Origin: Diadema antillarum
Taxonomy: Eukaryota
DNA: 64,000 bases
Assembly (NCBI RefSeq): GCF_040938485.1
Contig: NW_027271045.1
Location: 868,001-932,000, forward strand
Reading direction: 5' to 3'
Shown: one piece after another, positions 1 through 13,788 of the stretch
How the letters are laid out: the number at the start of each line of letters is the position of its first letter
How positions within the stretch are numbered: position 1 is the first letter of the stretch
Notes under the pieces: model-generated
Told to the model about the DNA's origin: nothing
The model's database searches: none
Seen by the model: only the letters and a program-made list of their open reading frames with translations
Translations under genes and position numbers: made by a program

Positions 1-219
1 GATCAAATTAGGGGACAAAAACTGCGTTGACATTGCATGCACGCGACTCGCGTACAGAGCACCCATTGCGTCACGTCACCGCCTTGTTATTAGTTCGCGT
101 ATCGTGTACCTGCAGACCGATCGAAACAGAGATAAGCGTCAACTTCGACTCTAGATCGATCATTTCAATCTCAAAATTTTGTCGATTTCCAGACTTTTGA
201 GAGCTCAGAAAACTCAAAA
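1..219 (+). promoter_or_regulatory. CpG-rich probable promoter/5' UTR of gene A
   Basis: CpG density well above the AT-rich background, with a CRE/ATF-like TGCGTCACGTCA at 68-79. Function is inferred. Confidence 0.5.
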
Positions 220-420
220 ATGCCTCGTAGGAGCAATCCTACTGCTGGCCAGAGCGGCAAAATACTCAGCCCACGGTCATCTGTTTGGCAATTCATGGAA
301 CTGAACCGAGAAACACGACGGGCCAAGTGTCAATTCTGCGACAAGATACTTGCATACACGGGGGGAACGACAAATTTGCGATACCATCTAACAGCCGCGC
401 ATTCGATGCAAGAATTTGAG
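220..420 (+). CDS. ZBED1-like gene A (domesticated hAT transposase), exon 1 of 4: BED zinc finger
   Basis: ATG at 220. Encodes RSSVWQF...CQFCDKILAYTGGTTNLRYHLTAAH (W-x-F, CxxC, HxxxxH BED signature). Ends GAG|gtaatg at 420/421, 201 nt, phase 0. Confidence 0.88.
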
Positions 421-1845
421 GTAATGTACATCTGACAAGTAGGAATCGATTTGACAGGTTAAAATGTTTTTCTACACATCGACTACTATACGGTACAATT
501 CCTATTAAATCCATGCAGATCGATTAAGGTATGAATCACACTGCCTGGGTGGGAAAATTAAAATTCTTAGTCAGTGTACGCTACTAACAAAGTTAGCTAG
601 TACAGTATGTATGTGGAGACTTTCGTCTAAACTGCTAGTGTTTACCGACTCGAGGAACATGTGCTGGATCAGCTACAGTACAAATGGGACATATGCAGTA
701 CACGGATTCATAGCGTTACATACAACTACTAACGTTAGAGCCTCATAGATCTAACCCATGATACAGTACAGTTGTACAGTTGTAATTAAACTGTTCACTG
801 TTCGTTAGTCTGGAGCCTTTGGCCAACGCAGTATACAAGTGCTTCGCACGGCGTCGTCGGGATTGTGGGGGGTCGGGATTGTGGGGGGTGGGGGTGGGGG
901 GGGGTGGGGGTGGGGTGCGTTAAACCGTTGGTGCGAACGCACCCCCACTTCTTATTTATTTATTTATTGTTTTATTTTATTTATTTTTACTTGTCTATAG
1001 CTGATGAAACCCGGAAGTAGAACCAGAAAAAAAGTACCTTCCCCTCCCCTTGGAAAAAGCTGGTGATGCCCCTGTGTAAGCTACATAGAATGTTCTAATG
1101 GCCTTAAAAAAAAAAAAGGAAAAGAAAAAGGAAAGGAAAGAAGAAAATGGGAAATGAAGCTACTCTAGATAAGCACATGAAAAGAAGAATGATGTACAGA
1201 TCAATCCTGTTAGTATAATGAATATAATGAAATTCCTGTTATAACAAAGTGAAAAATGGTCCCAAAATCTAGTTTGATAACTGTTGTTGTGTTCTAAATA
1301 AATTTTTATATAATGCAAGAAAATTGCCAGTCCTAGGACTCGCCATCAGTATAACGTTAGATAGCTGACCACAAATTTATATCACTACCAACAAGATAGG
1401 CCTTGTAAGCATTCAGTATAACTATGATATTGGGCCAAGACAATAAAAGAAGGTTATTCTATTTTATTTTCTATTTTATTATTATTATTTTTTTTTTTTT
1501 GGGGGGGGGGGAGGGCTTTAAAAAAAAATTTCATTGGTGTAAGCCTACATTTGGAGAAAATAGGACAAATGACATTTCTTGAAATTTATATGTCACTGTT
1601 AAATACTAGATCTAAAGTTTTTGAATAATGAAATACATCTTAGGGATTTATTTCTTTTTTTAACTTGGAATGTTCACTTGTACAAATGTTACGTATAGAT
1701 CATTCTTCAAATGAGACAATGTCATCACTGTAAAACTCTTCAGATTTTTTTTTTTTTTTTTTTGGGGGGGGGGGAGGAGGGTACAAAGATATTATTACTG
1801 CATATTTGGTTGATAATTTGGCAATTACATGTACATCTGTACAAC

Positions 1846-2213
1846 CAGAGCTACAACGCATTCTGCGTGAGACTCAAGCATTTTAGGGTCTGTCTCACGA
1901 TCTCACGCATGGCACCCATTTTTCTCACGCATCTGGTGAAGTCTGCAATTTGGGCCAAAAATAAGGAGCATAGCTCAAAGGATTAAAGTGATAGTTGCAA
2001 TTGAAGGTATATTTCCCTTTTACCTTTCAAAATTAGTAAAAAATAGTCACTAAAGTATGCACCAGATCTCATCATTAAGAGCTAATGATTTAAAAAAGCT
2101 CCCTACCATGGGAGGGGGACACCCTCCTCGTTCGCGTGCGCATGCGTGCGAGCGCCGAGACGCTGAGTCATAAAAATCTCACTCATAAAAGTTTTTTGAA
2201 CTTGGCATCTCTG
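1846..2213. mobile_element. MITE with 6-bp TSD (hAT6-like), gene A intron 1
   Basis: TACAAC|CAGAGCTACAAC...CTTGGCATCTCTG|TACAAC: imperfect TIR, perfect 6-bp direct repeat. Confidence 0.75.
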
Positions 2214-2876
2214 TACAACCCTTTTTACCTTAAAAATCAATTACATTACATGTATATTGTATCACAACATCCACACAGGGGTATCCACTCGACATGAAAA
2301 AATTTCCTTTCTTGAAAAGATAACTAGTAAGTACATCATGTCAAGTGGATCACTACAATATGTGGGTGCTGTGATAACATGGCTTTAGTAACTGTAAAGG
2401 TCTATTTGTACCACACATACATTAATGAATATGTATAATCTTTTCAAGAAAAGAAATTTATCAAAGATTCGTAGGAGCTATGTGTAGGGTAATAATACCT
2501 GCTGACTGGAATGGTGATTGTGATTTTTTTTTTTTAAACTGTGATACAATTTCTGTGTGAATCCAACAAGTCCTGAGGTACTTTGTGCAGAATCATTTCA
2601 TCATTAAATCAGCAACTTTGAATTTTATCCTGATGTTATATTCGAGAGAGATTAGGTACATTTGTAGAACTGGTTGATCAACACTGCACACTGGCACTGG
2701 TCCCGATGGTCTGGGACCAGTAAAAATAGAAAAACCTACCCTACCTACTGACAAGGACAGGTGGAACCAATAGAAAAATGGGTTAGTGTGCTGCCCTGGG
2801 TTAATTCATTTCTTCTGCACAAAATTTTGGGAAAAACCCCCAATTTTAGAGATACATGTATTGTAACAGGGATTAA

Positions 2877-3663
2877 CCCTATTCCCACTGGGGGCATTTT
2901 GCCCCCCCTCCCCCCCCCCCCCCCCCGTCGACGTTTAGCGTGATTATTTCGCAACGCGTAATGCTCTTGCTGTGACATTTTATGACTTTTTTCTTTCAAG
3001 TATGGTATCGCGCAAATTTTGAGACCAAATTTGTCGCTCCCAGGCATACCGTTTTGAAGCCATGCCCCTTTGAAAAAAGTTTGTCGACCCAAAAATTGCT
3101 CAAAAACATGATTTTGTGTACAAATCCAATGTAAATTGTGTTTTTGCAATTAATTCATACAAAAATAAATATTTATACTTTTAATGGCTGATAATGATTT
3201 ATTTTAGCCTGATTACATGCTTAAAAAGGTTTCTGCGACAAATTTTGACAAAAAAACAACGAAAACAAAAAGTAAAAAAGAGAAATACATAAGAAATTCA
3301 GTAAACAATAAAATACATAAGAAGTAATTATGAAGCCGAATTTTTGCTTCAATATTATTGTTGAGGATATTGAAAAGAATATGTTCACCAAAAATTAGAA
3401 GTCTTGGAGCTTTATTTTTTTTATTTATAGGCAAATTTTTTTTGCATAAATTAGCATAGATTAATTAATATAGAATACATAAATTAAAATTTGAAAAATC
3501 GAACTATACAGTCTTGTAGATTACATTGGCCTCTACCTTAGTGCAAATTTTCGCGAGGATCGCGTGATCCACGACCGAGATCTGAAGGGGGGGGGGGGGG
3601 GGGGCCAAAAAGGCCCCCCCGTGGTGCGTTCAAGTCCCTCAAAAATACCCGGTGGGATTAGGT
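2877..3663. mobile_element. piggyBac-like MITE (TTAA TSD)
   Basis: TTAA|CCCTATTCCCAC...GTGGGATTAGGT|TTAA. A related, decayed sequence starts at about 37541. Confidence 0.7.
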
Positions 3664-5186
3664 TTAATCTTCTCCAATGTATTGCCAATTTAGGGACAAG
3701 GAATATTTACTGGAGCAATTCAGAGAATTGGAAACTTCTGCTACTAAAACAAATCCCCAAATATGTGAATTGAGTGAACACAGCAATTATGGTCGAACAC
3801 ATTTTAGGGGGTTTGAGGAAATCTGACCATTCGCTCAACAAAACTTATGAATTTGTAAAATTTTTGTGCCACCATCGCTGGATGAGACGTGAAACAGTGT
3901 TTGATGTCACTGCGGAACAGCAGGTATACACCTGTATATAAAGAGACAACATATTTTAATTTTTTTAGTATTATTAATGAAAGAGAATGTTATACAGTTT
4001 GCCTTGCCTCTTTCAGAAAGGGAATATTATTACCCCGACATACAAGTCGTAGTTTGTTCTTTCCATTAAAAAAGAAGTTTTGTGGAATTCTCTTATATCG
4101 ATTGTTGTTCTGCAATGACGTCACAGACTGTTGTAGTCTTCTCATCCAGTGATGGCGACACCAAAACTTTTAAAAATTCATTAACTTCAAAACAGATTGA
4201 TTTCCCTCAAACTTCACTGGTGTGTTCTGCTATTAATTACTGCATTCACTCAATCCACATGAATGAAAAGGTAGGCCCTATCATTCTCCTTTGATGAGAC
4301 TGCTTCCATTTTATTGATTGTGACTATTTCGGTTGTTTGTTCAATTTATTCAACTTGAATATTATGGATTAGCAATCAGGAATGTAATTCAATTTCAGTG
4401 TAAGCTATCCTATAAGTTTAAAATTCAACTTACACACACACATGAGGGTACACGTACACTGGGTGGCAGGTAGCACATTCATATCATTTGAATGTCAATA
4501 TTGGGTTAGTACTGAATGTGCTATGTGGTACCAAGAGTATTATTTTTGTCTTTACAGTATAACCATTTGTTATAATGGTGCAATGTCCCTTTTTCTGCTT
4601 TTGAAAGACAAGCATACAAGTACAATGTGTGTACAACTTGTATATAAGATTGTAGACCTATGAAAATGACAAGGAATCTCTAAGTTAAACACTTAAACTC
4701 CGCATTCAAAGTCAAGTGGCATGAATTGCATCTTTGACCCTTATTGAAATTAAGTCTCAGACAAAAAAGAAAGAAAGAAAGTAAGAAAGACAGAAAGAAA
4801 GGTGTGTGCTAGGCCTAATTGCATCATGTCAAATGAATATCACCAAAGTCAAAGGTTTAACTCCCATGATGTTAGACAGTCTGTAATGAAATATAACCAG
4901 AAGCAAGGCATAATGTAACAGAGATCATTTAGGCTATTTCATACAATGCATTGTGTATGACCTGTTGAACTGCCAACACTAGTGTGATGATCTGGTAAAC
5001 TTGCATGTGTAGTACCTAGCGTGTAAGTTGTTTGTCAAGCAGTTATTAACTTAATCCTGCATGTCATAGAACTCAGCAGAAAGTGAATTAATATTCTGAA
5101 AACCTGCAACCTTTTGTTAGAATAGACTTTGCGTAACTTATGATGAAATTGTTCATGAATTGTATTTGTGATATTTGCCATAACAG

Positions 5187-5660
5187 GTTGTTGGTCCTTC
5201 AGCTAAGGTATTCAAGCCAGGAAAGGTCAAGTCCATTCTTGGAAGCTCATTGCCAGCAGAACGGAAAAAACGTGGAAGGCCCAAAATCAAAGGAGTGAAG
5301 GAGGAAGAAGGCACAGATGGACCTTCGACATCAAATAACCCAACACTGTCTACTGCCAACAACACATCAACTGAGGTTGCCAACCCAGCAACACCGAGTG
5401 CTGTGCTGTCAACAAAGCACCAGCCATTGGGCCTTTCTGCATTCCGTATGCGGTTCAATATGAACAGAAACTTCACAGACAACCAGAATGCCATTGTGCA
5501 TGAAAAACTTCTTCATATGCTTGTCCAGAGCCTGCAACCACTCAGTTTTGTTGAGTCAGAAGGGTTCCAAGGGTTAATGAAATTCTTAGAGCCAGTATAC
5601 ACTCTTCCAGACAAGAAACTGTTACAAGACATGCTGTTGAACATGTATGAAGCTGGCAAG
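5187..5660 (+). CDS. ZBED1-like gene A, exon 2 of 4: AT-hook-like motif, low-complexity linker, hAT N-terminal dimerisation region
   Basis: Acceptor ...ccataacag|GTT at 5187, in frame with ORF 5250-5672. Contains KKRGRPK and LQPLSFVESEGFQGLMKFLEPVYTLP (cf. hAT LQPFSIVEDEGF...LEPRY.LP). Donor AAG|gtaagt at 5660/5661, 474 nt, phase 0. Confidence 0.88.
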
Positions 5661-6824
5661 GTAAGTAATTGAAGTGATACTCATCAGATTTAAGTGAGTG
5701 AAATGATTGATACTAAAACAGCATTTATTAATCTTGTGACAGTCTGTGGAGGTACTCAGAGGAGTCACAGGCAGACACACACACAGACAGACAGACAAAC
5801 ACATGTACACACAAAATCAACAACAAATAAGATCAGCTTGGCTGAGTCTTATCGACAAGTGTAATTGTGTATGCCATTTTTTTTTTGTCTCTTCATTTCC
5901 ATTTCTAGCTAAAGTATGGTATACAACAAATACAATGCATCACTTATGGTCTGAAATTAAGCAATTAGTATTTAAGTCAATGTGAAATGTGAAATAAACA
6001 GGGAACTTAACACTTAAAACTTGGTATGAAATTTCAAACAATGGGAAAGCTGAAGTGAAGGTCTTCTTGTGTAAATCGAATTAACTTTGAACAGATGAAA
6101 ATCATTACATGTATGCTGGGTATTGCAACTTTGAACAATACTGTTTGCAATAAGCATGTTGATATATCAACAGGTAAAAAGTTTTGCCATATGAAGGATT
6201 ATACGTGTATATAAATCATGAATCTTCAAAATTCATAATTTTGTAAACATTTTTCTTGCACTATCGGGGCTTTATTAACCTGTCCTACATGACAGATCAG
6301 AAGAATGTACATATCAATGTACTAAATATGGCTGCTCAAAAAAAAACAAAAAACAAAAGAAAACAAACAAACAAAAACATGTATGAACAAAAAACAAATC
6401 CACACTCTTGTACAATTGTAGGTGTCTGATGCTCAATACAATGTACATAGTTTATGTGAGGCTCTTGGTAACAATATTCTACTGTTCACTAGTACATGTA
6501 ATTGTGTTGTTTTGTTTGTTTTTTAGCACAATGTTTTAGCGACCTGTCTTTGTTTTGGAACAACTAGCATAATACTGTATGTAGCTGGCTGCTTTAATTG
6601 GTAGTGGTTATGTGTAGGCGGGCATGTGGGTGTGGAGCTGAACCCTACAACATACCATTAGCTGCAATGTGTTTTTATCTACTTTCTTAGTACAATTTTT
6701 AAATTGAAGCAAGGCTGTGCAGTATTATTTTTTTTCCTCTTGAAATTCCATTCTTACATATTTACATGTACATACTTTTGTAGAGGGTGCTGTTGTTTGC
6801 AATCACTTTTCATACTCCTTACAG

Positions 6825-7373
6825 GTGAAACTTATGAGCACTCTTGCAGAGGATGCTCCACACTACTCTGTGGTCTACGATTTGTGGAGGAACAATGATC
6901 AAGAATGCTACATGACAGTCATCATCCATTACCTGAATGACCAGTGGGAACGCAAGAGCTGGGTGCTTGGCACTGAGCAGTTAAGCCAACTCCGTGCCAC
7001 AGGAAATGAAATTGGCAACTGCATCAGCAGCCTCCTGCTCATGTACAACCTGCCTCTGCAGGGGCTGGTGGGGACTGTGTACCGTCAAGGCATGCTCAAG
7101 TCTCAGATGGGACGAATCGGCACCCTGTTGGCATGTGAAAGCATGAGCTGTGCTGCTGAAAAGCTGGACATGTGTGTTCAGGCAGCATTTGCCATACCAG
7201 AGATCAGGGATGTGATTGATAAGGCAGGGAAGTTAGCCAACTACCTGATCCACGATGACGGGGCACGCCGCATCCTTCAGGAAATGAAGGAGGTGGATGG
7301 CTTTACTCACCAGGTGGAACTTGCGCAAGATCACAAGGGGTCATGGGTAGCCACTTGCAATATGCTGATGAAG
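6825..7373 (+). CDS. ZBED1-like gene A, exon 3 of 4: RNase H-like core and insertion domain
   Basis: Acceptor ctccttacag|GTG at 6825. Encodes VVYDLWRN...YMTVIIHYLNDQWERKSWVLGT, CAAEKLDMCVQ (CxxH position) and GSWVATCNML (W motif). Donor AAG|gtttgt at 7373/7374, 549 nt, phase 0. Confidence 0.87.
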
Positions 7374-7493
7374 GTTTGTTATTGTGCAATGACAAAGAAT
7401 TCCAGTATCCAAACTTCAAAGTTTAACTCCAGTCAACAAACCAAGAACCATTTTTACCAGTGGGAGGAATTCTAACTGAAAAGAAGAATTTAA

Positions 7494-7873
7494 AGGATTT
7501 GTATAGCTTAGGCCTAGACCTAACTTTGGGTTTCTAACATTTTTTTTTTGTGAGATAATGAGAAACCTTTAATGAAATATGAAAGAATATGTAGTTCCAT
7601 GAGCAATTTAACATTTACTTGATGAAAATTGGTTTTGAAATGGCTGAGATATCCAAAACAGAGTGATCCTAGTAAAAGGTGGGACCCACCTTTTATAATG
7701 AACGCTTTGTTTTACTTTGATTTTGGATGTGTTAGCCATTCCAAAACCAATTTTTGAAAGTTTGAATTCCTGTTAGAATGGTATGGTCTGTACTATAAAC
7801 AAAAGTGGTTTCGTGATATCTCACAAAATATTAAAAGCCCAATTCTCATCTCCACCAATACTATACCATCCCT
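7494..7873. mobile_element. TTAA|AGG...CCT|TTAA MITE (Kolobok-like), gene A intron 3
   Basis: Termini TTAA|AGGATTTGTATAG and CTATACCATCCCT|TTAA. Collinear with the copy at 45383-45765. Confidence 0.78.
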
Positions 7874-8377
7874 TTAAATACAAGTCTGTTAGGCTAGTAC
7901 TTAGTTATTGAAAATATGCATGTTTATTTCAAGTTACATTTTGCCACAACTGCAATGGCTCAATTTCTGAGAACTCGATTCATTTTGATATTAGATTGAA
8001 TCTTTTTAAAGGGTTTTTGGTAACAATCTCATTTGAATACATTTTGGAATGAGGAGCATAACATTAAAAGTAATGTGCTTGAAAAGTATCAGCAACTAGA
8101 AGTTAAAAAGAAAATTGATTAGACCATTGTGCATCCTGTTTTGCCAAACAATTTCTGTTGATTCTGCAGAAACCCCAAAAATATGTGGGCCAAACTGAAC
8201 ACTATACAAGTGTATAATTTCCACTCAGTTAACATGAAAATATTGCAAACACACTCATTAATGCCTATTCTCTAAGTGAATGCATGTTGTTGAATATGAC
8301 ATTGTAGGCCAGAAGTTAAAATCTATATTCTCTGGACATGTTACATAGTGTCGCTATAACATTTCTCTCTGTTGCAG

Positions 8378-9169
8378 TTGATAGCCCTCAAGGAAGAGAT
8401 TGAAAAAGTCAGCGATCAAGACATCAAGAACAAACAACTGTACCTCAGTGAAGAGAAATGGGCTCTCATTGAGTTGTTGATGAATTCCCTCCAAATCCTG
8501 AAGGCAGCACTGACAGTTATGAGCGAGGACAAGACAGGCTCTGTGTCATGTCTTCTGCCTGTGGTCCACAGCATTCTCCAGCATTGCGAAGATTCCAGTC
8601 ATGCCAAGAACTCACCCATGGACAACTTCCTGAAGACCATTGGCAAGGAAACCCGGGAAAAGTGGGATCTCACTGCCATTCTGCCTTCATCCATACCGAT
8701 GCTTGCTGCTCTGCTTGATCCAAGATTCAAGAAACTAAAATTCATTGCTGAAGAGGACAAAGGAGATGTGTTTGATGCCCTCAAGGGAGTTCTTGGTACC
8801 ATTAAAGTTGCAGGAACTGATGGCACAACCAACTCCAACTCTCAGGACCTATCCCCATTCCTGTGTCTGTTCGGAGGCACTGAGGAATACACCCAGGAGC
8901 GGCAGGACACTGACAGTGAGATTACCAACTACACCAACTTTCCTATGCTAAGACATGAGTGCTGTCCACTGGACTGGTGGCGGGTCAATCAAGGCCGGTT
9001 TCCAGAGTTGGCTAAGCTGGCCAGACAGTACCTGTCAGTACCAGCTATTGCACTGCCAGTGAAGGAAATCAAAGCTGGTGCTTGGCAGCTGGATATGAAA
9101 AGGGGTCTTCTTGAAGTAGAGGCTGCAGGACCCCTGATCTTCATGAATCATAACTGGGCATTGTACTGA
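8378..9169 (+). CDS. ZBED1-like gene A, exon 4 of 4: hAT C-terminal dimerisation (hATC) region, stop codon
   Basis: Acceptor ctctgttgcag|TTG at 8378. Encodes LSEEKWALIE, AALLDPRFK, PLDWWRVNQGRFPELAKLARQYLSVPA and LIFMNHN; TGA ends at 9169. Spliced ORF is 67+158+183+263 = 671 aa with no internal stop. Confidence 0.9.
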   Translation: MIALKEEIEKVSDQDIKNKQLYLSEEKWALIELLMNSLQILKAALTVMSEDKTGSVSCLLPVVHSILQHCEDSSHAKNSPMDNFLKTIGKETREKWDLTAILPSSIPMLAALLDPRFKKLKFIAEEDKGDVFDALKGVLGTIKVAGTDGTTNSNSQDLSPFLCLFGGTEEYTQERQDTDSEITNYTNFPMLRHECCPLDWWRVNQGRFPELAKLARQYLSVPAIALPVKEIKAGAWQLDMKRGLLEVEAAGPLIFMNHNWALY

Positions 9170-9943
9170 ACATTGCAGAATTGGCTCTGACATCTGAAAC
9201 TCAGACCTTGGTCTTCTTAGCATGCAACAACAACTGATTTGAAATGTTTTGCATCATATCAGTTGTCAGGGCTGATCTTACACCAGAGGTTGACAGAGTT
9301 ACAGTGATGTTATGTTACTCATCAAGACGTGGAAAATGAAGAAATACAAATGTTGGTGGAACAAAATGTTACATACATGCAACTTGGATCTTAAGTAATT
9401 GAACAGACACAAGGGAGGGAAATTTCTTTATGCAAATCATTTTAATTGCATGTGCATTGGTCTACAACATGATGAGATTGATGAAAAAAAGCAGAACAAG
9501 GTCATGATAAAATGACCAGAGTCATGTAAAAAAAAACCAACAACAACAATAATGTGTGTCGGCATCTAATAATGCATTGCAAATTTCTTTATTTTTAACA
9601 GCAAAATTCTTTTACCTTTTGTTGCATACAACATGAATGGTAACCATCCCAATACTTTTGAAAATAGAACTGTAAATCTGACAGTACAGTGAAACTAGAA
9701 ACCACTTTTAACAAGCTGATGATATTAGTCCTATTTTCCTTTGAGTGTAAACCAACGGCAGAATGGTTTGGTTACAATGAGCTCAGTTATAATGAGATTC
9801 TAATTCTATCAAGGACATATTTGGTGCATTTTGATAAAGAAACACAGAGGCAGTCTGATCAGATACGAGGTTTCATATTTTGACTTGCTACTTTCAAACA
9901 TGTGAAAAACGAAACATTTAAAACTGAATTCATGCTATCCATG

Positions 9944-10686
9944 TACTGTATACGCCATATATTTCGCGAGTCTAAATTTTTGCGAATCGGGACTTCCCAA
10001 CAATTTCGCGAGTGGTTAAATTCGTAATCGTGGAGTCTTGTACTGAACGGAGAAATGTATATGCGTATGTCACATTCATATCATATTTTCACGTGTTTTT
10101 AACTCTTAATGTGCCATGGTGGAAACCACCTGTGTGCCACGTTATTCTGAGACACGAAGGTAGTCATGCTTTGAGAAAGAATTCTGTTTTTCCAATTTGT
10201 ATAACTTCTACAAATTTCTGTTAAGATAGGCATAATAGTAGGCAAAGTTAAAGAGGAATGCCAAGCTTTGTTTCGATATGAATTGTATGACGACTCTATT
10301 TTCAATTTTTCTTTTAATGACCAGGTGCTACATTACTATAAAGGCATGACTTTTGCACATTAAACATTGACAGAAACTTAGAATGTACGAGCAAATCTAA
10401 TTGGGAACATGGCTTGATAGTCGATCACCACATAGAATGCAAGCCGTATATGAGAGGAACAAAAGCACGAGAAACACTTTCATTGTGCCGCGGGATTAGC
10501 AGTAATTAGCGGTTTATCGATCGGTCTTGGCGGCTTTGTTTGTTGAGCAGAATATGCGAAGTTGGCACGCCGTCGACTGAGTCGGATGTGCGATGGCACA
10601 TAAAGAGTTAATTTCGCGAATAGCAGGTGATTCGCGAAAATAAAAACCACGCAAAATATGTGCAATGTACAGATGTACATATAGTA
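9944..10686. mobile_element. TA-flanked TIR element with TTCGCGA subterminal repeats, superfamily uncertain
   Basis: Left TACTGTATACGCCATATATTTCGCGAG. Right end has repeated TTCGCGAA and CGCAAAATATG...TACAG; the exact right boundary is uncertain. Confidence 0.5.
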
Positions 10687-11129
10687 CATGTATGCATAGT
10701 GATCCCATGCCATCTCTCTATCTGAATTATCAGAAGCAGGAAGAGGAAAAAATATGCTAGGCTCAGACCCGCTGTTGTCCCTCTCTATCCCCATTATCAG
10801 TGATGAATAACCAATGACTGTGCTTTCAATGTTTTCTTATAAACCATGTGATAAGAAACACGAATGCCCTCCGGTGTACTTAAATCTTTGAACATAATCA
10901 TTTGATTTCTTTTAGAGATACACTTCTATACTATTTGATATACTCATTGAAAAACTTTCCATCTAATGAAACTAGTGGCAAAAAATGGAAGAATATTTTT
11001 TTGGAATGCATGCAGCTGTTTTTCTGATTAGTAAACATTGATGTGTAGGCCTACATCATGTAAAAGATTAAAGCTAAAATAATTAATGAAATCAGTGTGA
11101 TCCCACCAGGCAACAACAGCATAAAACAG

Positions 11130-11790
11130 TTGAATCATGATCCTGCCTGGCAACAACAACATAAGACAAGTTGAATAATGCATGTACTTGTGCCAATGTT
11201 CAGAAAAATAACAAATGCATCTAACAGTGTTTAGTAGATTTTCTTTTTATTTTGTTCATTATCATCGTATGCTGCATATCGCAAATGAATATTTTCATTC
11301 TCTCTGAATGGTCTAATATATGAGGTAGAGCTAGGCGTAAAAAGGATCATGAATTCTACCCTGTCTTGTAACTTTCTAGAACACATACAAAATGCGATGA
11401 GGTTTTCCAAAGAAAAATGAAGAATGCATTTTCAACCCCTCCTGGGTCATAAATCCTTAAAGATTGTAGCCAGAATAATTCATAAAATCATCGCAATCCT
11501 CCTGGGCACCAACAGTGTAATTTACCCAGCAAGTTGAATAACGCATGTTGCTCTACTCGTGCTGATGTTTAGAAAAGTAACAAATGCACTTAATACTGTA
11601 CAATCTATGTTAATTATCATTTTACAATGTATTTCACAAATGAAAATTTGCATTCTTTCAGAATAGTTCAATACACAAAGAAAAGATAGATGTTGAAAGT
11701 GTCATGAATTCGACCCTGCTGTGTACTTTTTAGGAGCAAATGGACAACATATCCCCAAAAGATTGGGGAAGAAAAATAGAAAATGCATTT
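11130..11790. repeat. Diverged tandem duplication, unit about 360 bp
   Basis: Blocks recur in order about 360 bp apart: caagttgaataa, agaaaa(a/g)taacaaatgca, tcatgaattc(t/g)accctg, aatgcattt(t)caacccct. Confidence 0.7.
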
Positions 11791-13603
11791 CAACCCCTTT
11801 CTTTTTTCTTTTCTTTGTTGTTTCAATTCACAACTAATGTGATTCCGTCTTAATGATGAGCCATATACTTGTGTAAATAAAATGCAAAGACTGTTCATAG
11901 CTTTGATTGATTGGTATATGACTCCATGTGTATGTTTTTCTTTGTTTTTACTGAGTATGGTTATTATGAGGAACCAATTATCACAAGGTACAATATCACT
12001 GATCCCACAGACCTTCAAGCAACACAGGTCCCACAGACCTTGTTAAAAGGAGTTTCACTGTAGATATATTGATATCCTTGGTATTTGTGAATTAGCAACT
12101 GTTGAAGTACATGAGTAGTGAAGTCATCAGGCCAAGTACATGTAATTGATTTTCAAGTACAATGTCTGTCATAAAATTTAACTTGCTACTCTCTGACATT
12201 GATCTACATTATTCAGATTTTGCTGGCAACTCATGGACATATACTAGTATATTGTGAGTAATCAGCAATACAATTGAAGGCATCAATTGGACTGCATTAT
12301 GTATGTGTACATTACAATGTTATCTTCCTTTCCCCAAGCAAGGGCAGGATCCCAGTCCTTTGTACTGTACTTTAATGATGTATTCAGTGTTTTCTTATAT
12401 ACCCAGTACATACATGTACAATTCATTACAATCCAGTAGAGCACATACTGTAAAATTTTTTCACTGTAGTTAATATTCTGTTCCTGAGGCGTGGAACATG
12501 TCATAGTGCATGTGTTTATCCGCAAACATGTTTGTACCATATGTTTTGTGTTTCTGTTTTAACCATTGATGCTTCTTAAATATACAAGCAGCTAAAAAAA
12601 CATTAATGCCATTTGAAAGTTGTCATGAACTACACATGTGACTATTACAAAAGGCAGCAAGATCGCCATAACCCTGTATGTGAAGTGTAATGTACATGCT
12701 GACAGTGATGGCTCTTCTAAGTATCATGTGCTTTTACACTTGTACTAAGTATCTGTCTGTAAGAAACAGTTTGATGATGGTATGTTTTGTGAAGTAATGG
12801 TTGTACTACAGTGCATACACTGTACAAGGTTTTCATATAATATTTTAACTAATGTTTTTTAGGAGCCAGATGTGAAGGAATAGTTCTCTTTTTTCATTGC
12901 ACAGATTTGTTCTTGCATCATGTATCAGTGAAAAGAACATTCATGTTTTTTGTGAGTATCAATCTTTCTCTTTCTCTCTCTTTTGTTATGTTTTGTATGT
13001 TATGGTATTCAAAATTATCAGCAAAAAAACAAAATGTGAGGGCAGTAATACATGTAATTAATTTATGCTTTTATGATATGTTGATACATACTAGAAGGCA
13101 AGGGCAAGATCAAATTAGAAAAAAAACAAACTTATGTTACAGTCTGACAAACATTGGCATTTGAAAAAAAAATGCAGTGTACCAATGCAAGACTTGTTTG
13201 AACACAGTCATTACATTTCTTTGTCAAATCCTTGCTTCAAATTGATGGCCCTGACCTTCTTGGCACTTGATGATCACGCCATAATCTTTGGCAAAGTCGG
13301 TGACCAAACAAGTCTCTAAGTTGTGTACAAACGTGTACATGTATATTTTATATAAATATATATATATATGATAATAGTTATGTCACTATAGAAAAATGTG
13401 TTAAATGCTAATTCCATTTTATTAAAAATCAAAATTTCCGGAGGCCTCTCTGTCATGGATGAAAGTGATGAAGCAAATTCTGATTTTGAATAAAAGACAA
13501 TTGGCATTTAATGCATTTTTCCATTGTGACATTACTACATGTATTACTACTACTGCCAATTCAAAGATCAAATGAAATGTGTATATATATACATACATAC
13601 AAT

Positions 13604-13607
<4 letters not shown>

Positions 13608-13648
<41 letters not shown>
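13608..13648. repeat. (TA)n microsatellite
   Basis: Direct reading. A second (TA)n tract lies at about 47148-47176. Confidence 0.95.
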
Positions 13649-13652
<4 letters not shown>

Positions 13653-13788
13653 GCAATAAAGTCACAATAGAGGAATGCATTAAATGCCAGTTGCCTTGAT
13701 TTTATTTTCCGAATTTTTTGGGGCCTTCCCCTTCGTCAGGGATGACAGTGCATTCCTCTATTGTGACTTTATTACTGCTATTTCTAGT

